63,864 bases of DNA from an uncultured Acidimicrobiaceae bacterium (GCA_964513315.1 CAZEMU010000002.1:1-63864); one strand, 5' to 3'; counted from the stretch's first letter, positions 21,533 to 31,358 are shown. Notes: generated from the sequence alone by a model not told the origin. Numbers and translations: made by a program.

Positions 21533-22305
21533 CCGCATCGACAACTGCTCTGGCGCATCCGCGAATCCGCGAGCGTCTCGAAGCAGTCGAGGACGAACAG
21601 ATCCGGCGCCGTGTGCGCAAGTACATCGCGCTCGGTGTCCTCGCGTTTCTCGTGTTCCTCGCCTTCGGCATCACTCGCAGCCCGCTGCTCGACGTCGACG
21701 AAGTTCGTGTCATCGGAGCGACGACAACCGGACCGAACGCGCTGCGAGCCGTCGCTGGCATCGAGCCGGGTGCGCCACTTGTCGGGCTCGATCTTGAATT
21801 GGCGGAGCGCCGCTTGTTGGCCCTCCCCGAAGTCGCGTCGGTCACCTCGGCCCGGACCTGGGACGGACTGGTCACCCTCGAAGTTCTCGAGCGCCGTCGA
21901 GTCGCAAACATCACGACAACCGACGGCACCCTCATCGTCGCGGACGACGGCATGGTCGTCGCCCTGACCGAGGTCGTGGACCCGATGTTGCCCTCGATCG
22001 CAGGCGCGATGTTCACGACACCCGTCGGAACCATGGTCCCCGTCGAGCTCAATGATGGGCTCGCAACGGCCGCGGCACTGCCGAGCGATATCGCTCGCGT
22101 CACCGATCACATCCGGGTCCGTTCCGACAATGTTTCCTTGGTCTTCGTCGGTGGTGGAATCGCCGAGATGGGCGACGCCCGAGAGCTCGAGGCGAAGTTC
22201 GATGCGCTCCGAGCCTTCATCGCCCAGGTGAATCTGGGCTGTTTGGAGAGCCTCGATGTGCGCGCTCCCGGTGTGCCCGTGCTGGCTCGGAGTGCTGGAT
22301 GCTGA
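21529..22305 (+). CDS. ftsQ: cell division protein FtsQ (POTRA)
   Basis: GTG 21529 overlaps the murB stop (GTGA). One TM (IALGVLAFLVFLAFGI) then a POTRA-like DEVRVIGA segment. The longer ORF from 20986 overlaps murB and is rejected. Confidence 0.85.
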   Translation: MTASTTALAHPRIRERLEAVEDEQIRRRVRKYIALGVLAFLVFLAFGITRSPLLDVDEVRVIGATTTGPNALRAVAGIEPGAPLVGLDLELAERRLLALPEVASVTSARTWDGLVTLEVLERRRVANITTTDGTLIVADDGMVVALTEVVDPMLPSIAGAMFTTPVGTMVPVELNDGLATAAALPSDIARVTDHIRVRSDNVSLVFVGGGIAEMGDARELEAKFDALRAFIAQVNLGCLESLDVRAPGVPVLARSAGC

Positions 22306-22347
22306 CCGCCACCGTTTCGATGAATTCGCACCAGAATGCGGAAAACC

Positions 22348-22376
22348 TTGACCTCAGTGGCCACACTGGCCACACT
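22348..22376 (+). promoter_or_regulatory. possible ftsZ promoter
   Basis: TTGACC (22348..22353), 17 nt, CACACT (22371..22376). Weak -10. It overlaps a GGCCACACT x2 direct repeat (22359..22376). Confidence 0.25.
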
Positions 22377-22417
22377 GACACCACGAAATCTCTACCTCAG
22401 GTTCAACAATCGAAGTC

Positions 22418-22487
22418 TCAACCATTGGTTGAGGGTTCGGGTATTGAACCTCTACTTGAACTTGTGAGCAGTACACTCGCAAGTTCA
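22418..22487 (+). promoter_or_regulatory. three consecutive predicted hairpins in the ftsZ leader
   Basis: Hairpin 1: TCAACC-ATT-GGTTGA (22418..22432). Hairpin 2: GGTTCGG-GTA-TTGAACC (22434..22450, two G-U pairs). Hairpin 3: TGAACTTGTGAG-CAGTACA-CTCGCAAGTTCA (22457..22487, 12 bp with one G-U). GGAG lies at 22499, GTG at 22508. Confidence 0.4.
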
Positions 22488-22507
22488 TCCGTGCGAATGG
22501 AGCACCA

Positions 22508-23659
22508 GTGACGACACCAATCAACTACCTCGCGGTCATCAAGGTGGTCGGCGTAGGCGGTGGCGGCGTGAACGCCGTCAACCGCATGATCGATGCGGGC
22601 CTCCGCGGGGTCGAGTTCGTTGCCATCAACACCGACGCGCAAGCGCTCCTCATGAGCGACGCCGAAATCAAGATCGACATCGGCCGTGAACTGACTCGCG
22701 GCCTCGGCGCCGGTAGCGACCCCGAGGTCGGCGCCGCCGCAGCCGAAGCTCACGAAGACGAGATCCGGACTGCGCTCGAAGGCAGCGACATGGTCTTCAT
22801 CACTGCCGGCGAAGGTGGCGGTACTGGTACCGGCGCGGCCCCGGTCGTCGCGGACATCGCCAAGTCGCTCGGTGCACTCACCATTGGTGTCGTGACCCGT
22901 CCGTTCTCCTTCGAAGGTCGCCGCCGTTCGGTCCAGGCCGAGCAGGGCATCAACCGCCTCAAGGAAAAGGTCGACACCCAGATCGTCATTCCGAACGATC
23001 GCCTGCTGTCCATCTCGAGCAGTGACACCTCGATCCTCGAGGCGTTCCGCATCGCCGACGATGTGCTCCACGCCGGCGTCCAGGGCATCACGACTCTGAT
23101 CACGACGCCGGGTCTGGTCAACACCGACTTCGCCGACGTGAAGATGATTCTCCAAGACGCTGGCTCGGCCCTCATGGGTGTCGGTCAAGCGTCGGGCGAA
23201 GAGCGCGGCGTCGGCGCTGCGCGTAAGGCGATCTCGAGCCCGCTGCTCGAGTCCTCCATCGAAGGTGCCCGCGGCATCCTCCTGAACCTCACCGGCGGTT
23301 CGTCGCTCGGCATCCTCGAGGTCAACGAGGCCGCCGAGATCATCCAGGGTGTTGCCCACCCCGACGCCAACATCATCTTCGGTACCGTCATCGACGAGAA
23401 CATGGGCGACGCACTTCGGGTCACGGTGATCGCTGCTGGCTTCGACCGCTGGGGCGACACCCCGGCCCAGCCTGCACCGATCACGACGACCGCAGCAGCG
23501 CCCACACCTGCGCCAGCGCCCGCACCCGAGCCGGCGTCGGTCTTCGACGATGATGCTGACGTCTTCGACGAGTTCGCCGATCCGTTCGAAGAGACGCCGG
23601 CACCGGCCTCGTCGTCGGGCGACTTCGACGACCTCGACGTTCCGTCGTTCCTGAAGTAA
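22508..23659 (+). CDS. ftsZ: cell division GTPase FtsZ
   Basis: [26 protein letters not shown] (tubulin signature), C-terminal peptide [10 protein letters not shown]. Confidence 0.97.
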   Translation: MTTPINYLAVIKVVGVGGGGVNAVNRMIDAGLRGVEFVAINTDAQALLMSDAEIKIDIGRELTRGLGAGSDPEVGAAAAEAHEDEIRTALEGSDMVFITAGEGGGTGTGAAPVVADIAKSLGALTIGVVTRPFSFEGRRRSVQAEQGINRLKEKVDTQIVIPNDRLLSISSSDTSILEAFRIADDVLHAGVQGITTLITTPGLVNTDFADVKMILQDAGSALMGVGQASGEERGVGAARKAISSPLLESSIEGARGILLNLTGGSSLGILEVNEAAEIIQGVAHPDANIIFGTVIDENMGDALRVTVIAAGFDRWGDTPAQPAPITTTAAAPTPAPAPAPEPASVFDDDADVFDEFADPFEETPAPASSSGDFDDLDVPSFLK

Positions 23660-23670
23660 GCCGCTCGCGA

Positions 23671-24387
23671 ATGCGCGAGCTCCTGGCGCGCCTCCTCGAT
23701 GACGGCCGCCGAGCGGTCATTGCCCATTCGACGCGTGCCGACGGCGATCTGTCTCCGTCGACCGTCGATGCGGCAACGCTGACCGAGCGCCGACGCGCCG
23801 CCGTCGGCGCGGGCCCGTGGCATGCCGTGCATCAGGTGCATGGCGACCGTGTCGTCCATGTCGCCGGCGATCCGACGGCTGACACCGATGTGGCAGGTCC
23901 TCGTACTAAAGCCGACGCCCTCGTGACCGAGGCATCCAATCAGGTCCTCGCCGTACATTCCGGCGACTGCGTCCCGGTCGGCTTCATCCATCCAGCCGGA
24001 GCGGTCGCCGTCGCCCATGCCGGCTGGAAGGGCCTCGAAGCGGGCGTGCTCGCCGCAACGGTCTCAACGCTTCAGGCTGCCCACGGCGACGCGACCATCA
24101 CGGCTGCGATCGGCCCGCACGTCCACGCCGCAAGCTACGAGTTCGGGCGAGAGGACCTTGAACGCCTCGCGGCCCGGTTCGGCGAAGACATCATCGCCGA
24201 GACCACGAGCGGGACACCCGCACTCGACCTCACCGTCGCGACCACGAGCGCACTGCGCAGCCTTGACGTCGGCATCGCAATCACCTCACCCGACTGCACC
24301 GCGACGCTCGCCGATGACTACTGGTCCTACCGAGCCCGCAGCGAAGCGGGAAGGATTGCTCTGGTCGGATGGTTGGAGCCGGTATGA
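23671..24387 (+). CDS. pgeF: laccase-domain protein PgeF/YfiH (DUF152)
   Basis: HQVHGDRVV, HSGDCVPV, AHAGWKG motifs; conserved position after ftsZ. Confidence 0.85.
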   Translation: MRELLARLLDDGRRAVIAHSTRADGDLSPSTVDAATLTERRRAAVGAGPWHAVHQVHGDRVVHVAGDPTADTDVAGPRTKADALVTEASNQVLAVHSGDCVPVGFIHPAGAVAVAHAGWKGLEAGVLAATVSTLQAAHGDATITAAIGPHVHAASYEFGREDLERLAARFGEDIIAETTSGTPALDLTVATTSALRSLDVGIAITSPDCTATLADDYWSYRARSEAGRIALVGWLEPV

Positions 24388-25061
24388 CCGACGAGCCCGC
24401 CATTGACGAATCGCTCGTCGAGCAGTTGGCTGCCCCGCTCGGGGAACGCCTTGCCATGCTGCGCGACCGCATCTCCGCCGCTGGGGGCGACAAGGTGCAA
24501 CTGTTACCCGTCTCCAAGGCACACCCGGTCGAGGCTGTCGTCGCTGGCCAGCGTCACGGGCTGACGACGTTCGGCGAGAACTACGCCCAAGAACTCGCAG
24601 CGAAACACGGCACCCTCGGCCAAGACGCACCCGGGTTCCACTTCATCGGCCAGCTCCAACGCAACAAGGTCCGCCAGATCGCAACGGCAGTGACCGTGTG
24701 GCAATCCGTTGACCGCATCCGTGTCGCCGACGAGATCGCTAAACGAGCACCCGGCGCGCACGCATTCGCGCAGGTCAACCTCGCCGACGACCCCGCCAAG
24801 GCCGGCTGCAACTTCGAAGACCTTCCTGAGCTTGTCGATCACATGCAAACGATCGGCTTGCAGGTCGACGGTCTCATGGGCGTCGGCACCGCCGCCGACG
24901 ATGCGGCGACAGCTGGCGGGTTCCGTCGACTCCGCGCCCAAGCCGACGCAATGGGTCTCGCTGAATGCTCAATGGGTATGACCGCCGACCTCGAACTTGC
25001 GATCCGAGAAGGATCAACCATGGTGCGAATCGGCACCGCCTTGTTCGGAGCACGCCAATGA
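24384..25061 (+). CDS. yggS: YggS-family pyridoxal-phosphate homeostasis protein
   Basis: LLPVSKAHP (PLP Lys), HFIGQLQRNKV. ATG 24384 overlaps the pgeF stop (ATGA). Confidence 0.88.
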   Translation: MTDEPAIDESLVEQLAAPLGERLAMLRDRISAAGGDKVQLLPVSKAHPVEAVVAGQRHGLTTFGENYAQELAAKHGTLGQDAPGFHFIGQLQRNKVRQIATAVTVWQSVDRIRVADEIAKRAPGAHAFAQVNLADDPAKAGCNFEDLPELVDHMQTIGLQVDGLMGVGTAADDAATAGGFRRLRAQADAMGLAECSMGMTADLELAIREGSTMVRIGTALFGARQ

Positions 25062-25168
25062 CAACGACAACGCGAACTGCCCCCAGCGGGCCGGTGACGG
25101 GAACCCTCCCCCCGTTGCCGGATCCCGATCAGTACCATACGAACACGCTCGACCGAGGAGCGACACCG

Positions 25169-25780
25169 ATGACCATGTGGAAAAAGACGATGACGTGGCT
25201 GGGCCTCGACCCAGACGCCGACTACGAAGCTGAAGGCGGCCAATCCTTCAACGACCCTGCCCTCGGGCACGTCGAAGAAGTCACGCCGGTACCTACGGGC
25301 GCACCGCCAGCGTCCACCGCTTCTGAACCGATCCCGACCGAGTTCAGTGCCGTGCGTTCTCTCGGTCCAATGAGCGACGACGGCGACTACACGGGCGAGT
25401 ACGTGCCCGACAACAAGCCGCTGTCGAACACCTCGCTGCGGCCAGTCGATGTCGTCAACCGAGACGACCCACCGATGGGATCAGTCACCGCCGTACCCGC
25501 CACCCCCAATAGCAAGCCGCAGCTGGTCGCTCCCCGTAGCTTCAACGACGCACAAGAGGTCGCTGACCGTTTCCGTGGCGGCGCTCCGGTCATCCTCAAC
25601 CTGCAAGAAACTGATGCTGAGCTCGGACGTCGCCTCATCGACTTCTGCTCAGGCCTTTGCTACGGGCTTCGGGGCCAGATGCAACGGGTTGGCGACCGGG
25701 TGTTCCTGGTGACGCCGGCCGAAGTGCAACTGAGCCCGGACGATCACCGACTCATGCGCGATAGCGGCCTACTCGGCTGA
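25169..25780 (+). CDS. sepF: cell division protein SepF
   Basis: MTMWKKTMTWLGL membrane-targeting N-terminus; C-terminal SepF core (SFNDAQEVADRFRGGAPVILNL...RVFLVTP). GAGGAG lies 8 nt upstream of ATG 25169. Confidence 0.9.
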   Translation: MTMWKKTMTWLGLDPDADYEAEGGQSFNDPALGHVEEVTPVPTGAPPASTASEPIPTEFSAVRSLGPMSDDGDYTGEYVPDNKPLSNTSLRPVDVVNRDDPPMGSVTAVPATPNSKPQLVAPRSFNDAQEVADRFRGGAPVILNLQETDAELGRRLIDFCSGLCYGLRGQMQRVGDRVFLVTPAEVQLSPDDHRLMRDSGLLG

Positions 25781-25819
25781 TCATCGCTTCATTCGTTCAG
25801 CGCTTCTTCGAGGAACCTC

Positions 25820-26071
25820 GTGGTCATTATCTGCAACCTCATCGGGCTCTATGTCCTGATCATCTTCGTCCGCATCGTGCTCAGCTGGTTCCCGATCGAC
25901 CCTGATGGTCCGATCGCAACGTTCCACGGTCTCTTGCACCTGCTGACCGAGCCGATTCTCGGCCCGCTGCGCCGTGTGCTTCCCTCGGTGCCGATCGGGC
26001 AGATCCGCCTCGATCTGTCACCGATCATCGTGTTGTTCGGAGCCCAGATCCTGCGCGGAGCCATTTGCTAA
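25820..26071 (+). CDS. yggT: YggT-family membrane protein
   Basis: LYVLIIFVRIVLSWFPI motif, small two-TM protein, conserved position after sepF. Confidence 0.85.
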   Translation: MVIICNLIGLYVLIIFVRIVLSWFPIDPDGPIATFHGLLHLLTEPILGPLRRVLPSVPIGQIRLDLSPIIVLFGAQILRGAIC

Positions 26072-26218
26072 CGACGCTGCGGCGCCAGCCGGTTGCGCCG
26101 CTCGATCGAGCAGTGGTTCCGAACCGAACAAGGTTCCCGCAACGGGTCCTCCTCCGGCACTGCTGAACGGGACTACTCTCGCGGGGATCGCAGGACTGTC
26201 ACGGGGTGAGAGCAAACG

Positions 26219-27418
26219 ATGAGCGACGGCGAGTTTCCGTTCCAGAACTTCACGGTGCGCGCCGAGGGGTATGACCGCGGCGAGGTAGATGCCGCAATCG
26301 GTCGTCTTCAAGCTGAGATCACCGAGCAGCGGCGTGCCCTCGAGGCCGCCACACCGGCCAGCACCGTTGATGCTCGCCTGCACGATCCCGAAGGTGCGGT
26401 GACCCGCACCTTGGCGATCGCTCAGGAGACGGCGGACCGCGTGCTGCACGACGCCCAGGTCGAAGCTGATCGTCGCCGCTCCGAAGCTGATGAGCAGGCC
26501 GCCGGCACAATCGCCGACGCCGACGCTCGCGCTGCCAAGATGATGGCTGACATCGAAACCCAGACCGCCGAGGTCCGGGCCCAAGGCATCGCAGCGGCTC
26601 GTAGTGCGATTCAGGTCGAACGCGACAAGGCTGTTGCTGAGCTGGGCCAGATCCGCCGAGTTCGTGACGACATCCGAGCCGAGGCGGTTGAGCTTCGCTC
26701 GGTGCTTGAGCGATACGCCCGCCAGGCGAACGAGGCCAGCGAGATCCTCGGTGCCGCTGCGGCTGGCCCGCTGCTGGCGTCGCAGCTGCCGGACTATGTG
26801 GCCGATGATGTGGCACTCGCTGGGGTACTCGGCGATGACGAAGTCGAAGACCCCGTGCGGGCTGAAGAGGTGCTCGACAGCACCGATGCCGCCAGCTGGA
26901 CGAGCGAAGACCCTGCCGAGGTCGCCGTGGCCTCAACGGTTGTGAGCGAAGCATCGTTCGACGATGACATCGCGAGCGCAGACGCTGGCGGCGATCTGGT
27001 CTGGGGCGACGACGACGTCGACGTCGACGTCGCCGATGATGCCTATGCGGTTGCTGAGGTCGACGAACCTGCTGTGGTCGAAGCAGCCGCCGACGCGGAT
27101 GATGACGACTGGTTCGGAAGCGACGAAGACGACGCACCGCTGGCCGACGTCATCTCGATCGATGGCGACAGTGACGGCGAAGCCGCCGAGTTGCCCTCGG
27201 ATCTCGACGACACGTCGTCGGCATCGTCAGGAGCATTCCTGGCCGAGGTGCGCGCCGCAGCTGATGACGACACGGTGATGCTGCCGCCCGAGAGCGAAGG
27301 CGCCGACGATTCCGATCGCTTCCTGTCGGAACTCCGTGGCGTGACCGACCCGGTCAACCTCGACGATGCCGAGCTTGACAGCGACGTCGCCGACCGCTTC
27401 TTCGACAGCGAAGACTGA
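26219..27418 (+). CDS. divIVA: DivIVA/Wag31-family protein with a long acidic C-terminal region
   Basis: N-terminal DivIVA domain (FTVRAEGYDRGEVDAAIGRLQAEI), coiled coil, then about 200 aa rich in Asp/Glu/Ala. Confidence 0.88.
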   Translation: MSDGEFPFQNFTVRAEGYDRGEVDAAIGRLQAEITEQRRALEAATPASTVDARLHDPEGAVTRTLAIAQETADRVLHDAQVEADRRRSEADEQAAGTIADADARAAKMMADIETQTAEVRAQGIAAARSAIQVERDKAVAELGQIRRVRDDIRAEAVELRSVLERYARQANEASEILGAAAAGPLLASQLPDYVADDVALAGVLGDDEVEDPVRAEEVLDSTDAASWTSEDPAEVAVASTVVSEASFDDDIASADAGGDLVWGDDDVDVDVADDAYAVAEVDEPAVVEAAADADDDDWFGSDEDDAPLADVISIDGDSDGEAAELPSDLDDTSSASSGAFLAEVRAAADDDTVMLPPESEGADDSDRFLSELRGVTDPVNLDDAELDSDVADRFFDSED

Positions 27419-27448
27419 ACGCCGCTGTCTGAACAGGGGTAAACGGAA

Positions 27449-27475
27449 CCGTTGCGGGTGCTTGGCACCCGCAAC
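27449..27475. terminator. 12-bp perfect hairpin between convergent divIVA and ileS (possible bidirectional terminator)
   Basis: CGTTGCGGGTGC-TTG-GCACCCGCAACG. Only modest T-richness follows on either strand. Confidence 0.5.
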
Positions 27476-27489
27476 GTTCGCGTTGTGGC

Positions 27490-30400
27490 TCAGCTGGCTG
27501 TCGTGATGGCGAAGCGGATGGTGTGGCCGTCGAGCTCCCCGTCGAAGCCACCCTCGGCGACGTCGCCATAGGTCAGGCTCGTCGCCAAGACCTGTGACGC
27601 CAGATGGTCGACATGGGGTTCGAGCCAGCCCTGGACCTCGTCATCGGCCTGGAGTACCAGCTCGATACGGTCGGTGACTTCGAGGCCGCTGGCTTTGCGT
27701 GCGTCTTGCACGAAACGTTGGAGCTGGCGGGCGTGGCCTTCGTTGATCAGCTCGGGGGTCAGCTCAAGGTCGAGCACCACGACGGCGTCGCCGCCACTCA
27801 GACCGCCAACGGCACCGTCGCCGTTCGGCTCAAGCGCAATCTCGAACTCATCACCCGTGAGCGTCTCGCCAGCGACGTCGACGGAACCGTCGTCGTTCGG
27901 TGACCACTCGCCGTTACGAGCCGCGCCGAGCACGGCCTGCATCTGCTTGCCGAGCCGCGGTCCGAGGACCCGGCCGTTCGGCTTGAGCGTGCGGGTCGCA
28001 AAGGCATCGAGGTCGTCGGAGAGCGTGACCTGCTTGACGTTGATCTCGTCGCGGACGAGGTCGGTGAACGGCGCCAAGGCGTCGGTGTCGCGACCGGCGA
28101 TCGTGAGATCGGCCATGGGGATACGCACGCCGATGCCGTGATCTTCACGCAGGTTCAGCGATGCCGAGCAGACGTCTCGCACGCGGTCCATGTTCTCGAC
28201 GAGCTCAGGGTCTGCCGGAAGTTGCTGGGCGTCGGGCCAGTCGGCCAGGTGGACCGAGTCGCCGCCAGCGAGGCCACGGTGGATCTCGTCGGTAACCATC
28301 GGTAGCAGGGGAGCGAGCGCCCGAGACATCGTGACGAGGACCGAATACAGGGTGTTGTACGCGGCCTGCTTGTCGGCAGGATCGGACTCGGCAGCTGGCG
28401 CCCAGAAGCGGGAGCGGCTGCGGCGGATGTACCAGTTGTTGAGCGCGTCGGTGAAGGCCTGCGCAGTGGCCGTCGCCCCGGGCAGGTCATAGGAGTCCAT
28501 GGCCTCGGTGACCGAGTCAACGAACTCGCGGGTCTTGGCCAGGATGTAGCGGTCGAGGACGTCGGTGCTCGACGTGTCGAACTCGGCGGTGATCCCGTCG
28601 GCGTTCGCGTACAGCGTGAAGAACGAGTACGCGTTCCAAACCGGATTGATGATCAGGCGGGTGACATCGCGGATCTCGCGGTCGCTGACACGCAGATCGC
28701 CGCCTCGGACGATCGGCGATGCCATCAGGTACCAACGCAAGGCGTCGGAGCCGATCGTGTTGAAGATCTCGTCAGGATCGGTGAAGTTGCGCAGCTTCTT
28801 GGACAGCTTGGTGCCGTCTTCGGCGAGCACCACGCCATGGCCGATCGCGTTCAAGAACGGCGGCCGGTCGAACAGAGCCGTCGACAAGACATGCAGCGTG
28901 TAGAACCAACCGCGGGTCTGGTTGATGTACTCGACGATGAAGTCGGCTGGGAAGTGGTCCTCGAACCATTCCTTGTTCTCGAACGGGTAGTGCACCTGGG
29001 CGTACGGCATCGAGCCGCTTTCGAACCAGCAGTCGAAGACCTCAGGCACCCGACGCATCGTCGACTGACCCGTCGGGTCGTCGGGGTTCGGGCGCGTCAG
29101 CTCATCGATGTAGGGGCGGTGCAGGTCGGTTGGACGCACGCCGAAGTCGGCCTCGATCTCGTCGAGGCTTCCGTAGACATCGATGCGGGGGTACTCGGGG
29201 TTGTCGGACTCCCAGATCGGGATAGGCGAGCCCCAAAAGCGGTTGCGGCTGATCGACCAGTCACGGGCACCTTCGAGCCACTTGCCGAAGCGTCCGTCAC
29301 GCACGTTGTGCGGTACCCAGTTGATCTCTTGGTTCAGTTCGACCATGCGATCGCGGAAGGCGGTGACCTCGACGTACCAGGACGGCAGGGCGCGGTAGAT
29401 GATCGGCGTGTCGGTGCGCCAGCAGTGGGGGTAGTTGTGGTCGTAGGTCTCGTGGCGAACGACCACGCCCGCCTCTTTGAGGTGGGTGATGATCAGCGGG
29501 TTGGCGTCGAACACGTTCGTGCCGGCCCAGTCGGTGACCTCGGAAGTGAACTTGCCTTCGTCGTCGACGGGGACGACCATCGAGATGCCGTGGGCTTCGC
29601 AGACGGCCTGATCGTCTTCACCAAAGCCAGGTGCCATGTGCACCACGCCGGTGCCTTCGGTGGTGTCGACGAAGTCAGCGCCGAGCACGCGGAACGAATC
29701 GGCATGTCCTGCGAAGTACGGGAAGATCGGCGTGTAGGTGCGCTCGATGAGCGCGCTGCCTGGCATGGTGCCGAGCACGGTGTGCTCGCCGAGTTCCTTG
29801 GCGTACTTGGCGATCGCGGCGCTGCCGATCACGACCAGGTCGCCAGCTTCGGTCTTGACGATCGAGTAGTCGATCTCGGGGCCAACGGCGAGCGCAAGGT
29901 TCGAGGGGAGCGTCCAGGGGGTGGTGGTCCACGCAAGCAGACGCATCGGGCCGTGTTCTTCGACGCTCGGGTCGCCGTCGACCGGGCTCAGCTCGAACCC
30001 GACGGTGATCGCCGGATCCTGGCGAGGGCGCGTGGCGTCGTCGAGACGGATCTCGAAGTTCGACAGCGGCGTCTCAGCACCCCAGGAGTAGGGCATGACC
30101 CGGTTCGCCCGGTACACCAGCCCCTTGTCCCAGAGCTGCTTGAACGCCCAGATGACGCTCTCCATGTAGGAGAGGTCCATTGTCTTGTAGTCGTTGTTGA
30201 AGTCGACCCAGCGAGCTTGACGGGTGACGTAGCGCTCCCACTCTGACGTGTAGCGCAGCACTGCGGAGCGGCAGTACTCGTTGAACTCGGCGATGCCGTA
30301 CTCGGTGATGGCTCGGCGGCCAGAAACATCGAGTTCTTGTTCGGCGCCCATCTCTGCGGGCAGGCCATGGCAGTCCCAGCCGAAGCGGCGTTCGACGCGC

Positions 30401-30648
30401 TTGCCGCGCATCGTTTGGTAGCGGGGAATGACGTCCTTGATGTAGCCCGTCAAGAGGTGCCCGTGGTGGGGAAGTCCGTTCGCGAACGGTGGCCCGTCGT
30501 AGAAGACGTACTCGTCAGAGGCGGGTCGAGATTCGACCGACGTCGCGAAGGCGTCCTCGTCCTGCCACTGGGCAAGCATGCGTTCTTCGAGGGCGGGAAG
30601 GTCGAGTTTGGGGTCAACCGTGGGATAGGGGGTCTCAGCGGTGCTCAT
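27490..30648 (-). CDS. ileS: isoleucine--tRNA ligase (long, type-2-like form)
   Basis: HIGH (PHHGHLLTG), KMSKS-like (GTKLSKKL), about 1050 aa. ATG 30648 (MSTAETPYPTVDP); the longer ORF back to 30855 adds junk. Confidence 0.95.
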   Translation of the reverse strand: MSTAETPYPTVDPKLDLPALEERMLAQWQDEDAFATSVESRPASDEYVFYDGPPFANGLPHHGHLLTGYIKDVIPRYQTMRGKRVERRFGWDCHGLPAEMGAEQELDVSGRRAITEYGIAEFNEYCRSAVLRYTSEWERYVTRQARWVDFNNDYKTMDLSYMESVIWAFKQLWDKGLVYRANRVMPYSWGAETPLSNFEIRLDDATRPRQDPAITVGFELSPVDGDPSVEEHGPMRLLAWTTTPWTLPSNLALAVGPEIDYSIVKTEAGDLVVIGSAAIAKYAKELGEHTVLGTMPGSALIERTYTPIFPYFAGHADSFRVLGADFVDTTEGTGVVHMAPGFGEDDQAVCEAHGISMVVPVDDEGKFTSEVTDWAGTNVFDANPLIITHLKEAGVVVRHETYDHNYPHCWRTDTPIIYRALPSWYVEVTAFRDRMVELNQEINWVPHNVRDGRFGKWLEGARDWSISRNRFWGSPIPIWESDNPEYPRIDVYGSLDEIEADFGVRPTDLHRPYIDELTRPNPDDPTGQSTMRRVPEVFDCWFESGSMPYAQVHYPFENKEWFEDHFPADFIVEYINQTRGWFYTLHVLSTALFDRPPFLNAIGHGVVLAEDGTKLSKKLRNFTDPDEIFNTIGSDALRWYLMASPIVRGGDLRVSDREIRDVTRLIINPVWNAYSFFTLYANADGITAEFDTSSTDVLDRYILAKTREFVDSVTEAMDSYDLPGATATAQAFTDALNNWYIRRSRSRFWAPAAESDPADKQAAYNTLYSVLVTMSRALAPLLPMVTDEIHRGLAGGDSVHLADWPDAQQLPADPELVENMDRVRDVCSASLNLREDHGIGVRIPMADLTIAGRDTDALAPFTDLVRDEINVKQVTLSDDLDAFATRTLKPNGRVLGPRLGKQMQAVLGAARNGEWSPNDDGSVDVAGETLTGDEFEIALEPNGDGAVGGLSGGDAVVVLDLELTPELINEGHARQLQRFVQDARKASGLEVTDRIELVLQADDEVQGWLEPHVDHLASQVLATSLTYGDVAEGGFDGELDGHTIRFAITTAS

Positions 30649-30758
30649 GCGTGATCCGGTCGTTGAAAATGGCGGGCTCAGACTACCGCCGTATCTCGAT
30701 GGCCCCGGGGCCATTACGTTGGCTATACTCCTGCCGCCCAACATCTGGAAGGGTGGCG

Positions 30759-31358
30759 ATGGCAACCAAGAAGAAGCCAGCCAGCAAGGCGACGGCGAAG
30801 AAGGCAGCGGAAAAGAAGCCCGCGGCCAAAAAAGCAGCCTCCAAGAAGGCCGCAACCAAGAAGACAGCGGCTAAGAAGACTGCAACAAAGAAGACTGATG
30901 CCAAGAAGGCCCCAGCCAAGAAGGCGCCGGCCAAGAAAAGCGCCGCCAAGAAAGCCACTGTGAAGAACGAGCCCCGCAAGTCCCCATTCGGCGAAAAGTT
31001 CATTGCCGCGCAGAAGGAAGCGCTCGAGTTCCAACGCGCTCGCTACATGCGTTCAGCGAAGACCTGGAAAGAAGAGGCCGACAGCCTCCTCGAAGGTCGT
31101 GAACCAGGCGACGTTCAGTTCGATGAAGAGTCCGGCGAAGGCGACACGCTCGCGATCGAGCGTGAGCGCGATCTTGCGCTCAGCAACTCGGCCCAGGCCG
31201 CAGTCGAAGAGATCAACGAGGCGCTTAAGCGCATCGAAAACGGCTCGTACGGCATCTGTATCACGTCGGGCAAGCCGATCCCCAAGGAACGCCTCGAAGC
31301 GATTCCCTGGGCCGCCGAGCGGGTCGAAGAGAAGGCCGCCGGTTTCGGTCGTCGCTGA
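30759..31358 (+). CDS. TraR/DksA-family protein with a Lys/Ala-rich histone-like N-terminal domain and a degenerate zinc finger
   Basis: N-terminus MATKKKPASKATAKKAAEKKPAAKKAASKK.... C-terminus NGSYGICITSGKPIPKERLEAIPWAAERV matches the DksA/TraR finger region but keeps only one Cys. Confidence 0.8.
   Translation: MATKKKPASKATAKKAAEKKPAAKKAASKKAATKKTAAKKTATKKTDAKKAPAKKAPAKKSAAKKATVKNEPRKSPFGEKFIAAQKEALEFQRARYMRSAKTWKEEADSLLEGREPGDVQFDEESGEGDTLAIERERDLALSNSAQAAVEEINEALKRIENGSYGICITSGKPIPKERLEAIPWAAERVEEKAAGFGRR

Noticed and set aside
30649-30758. T-box riboswitch in the ileS leader (actinobacterial ileS genes often have one)
   Set aside because: Only 110 nt are available before the divergent gene. 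I could not find the conserved T-box sequence (GGUGGUACCGCG-like); the closest is ACGGCGGUAGUC, which lacks the UGGU needed to pair with tRNA ACCA. There is also no clear SD/anti-SD pair. A covariance-model search would be needed to exclude an ultrashort variant.
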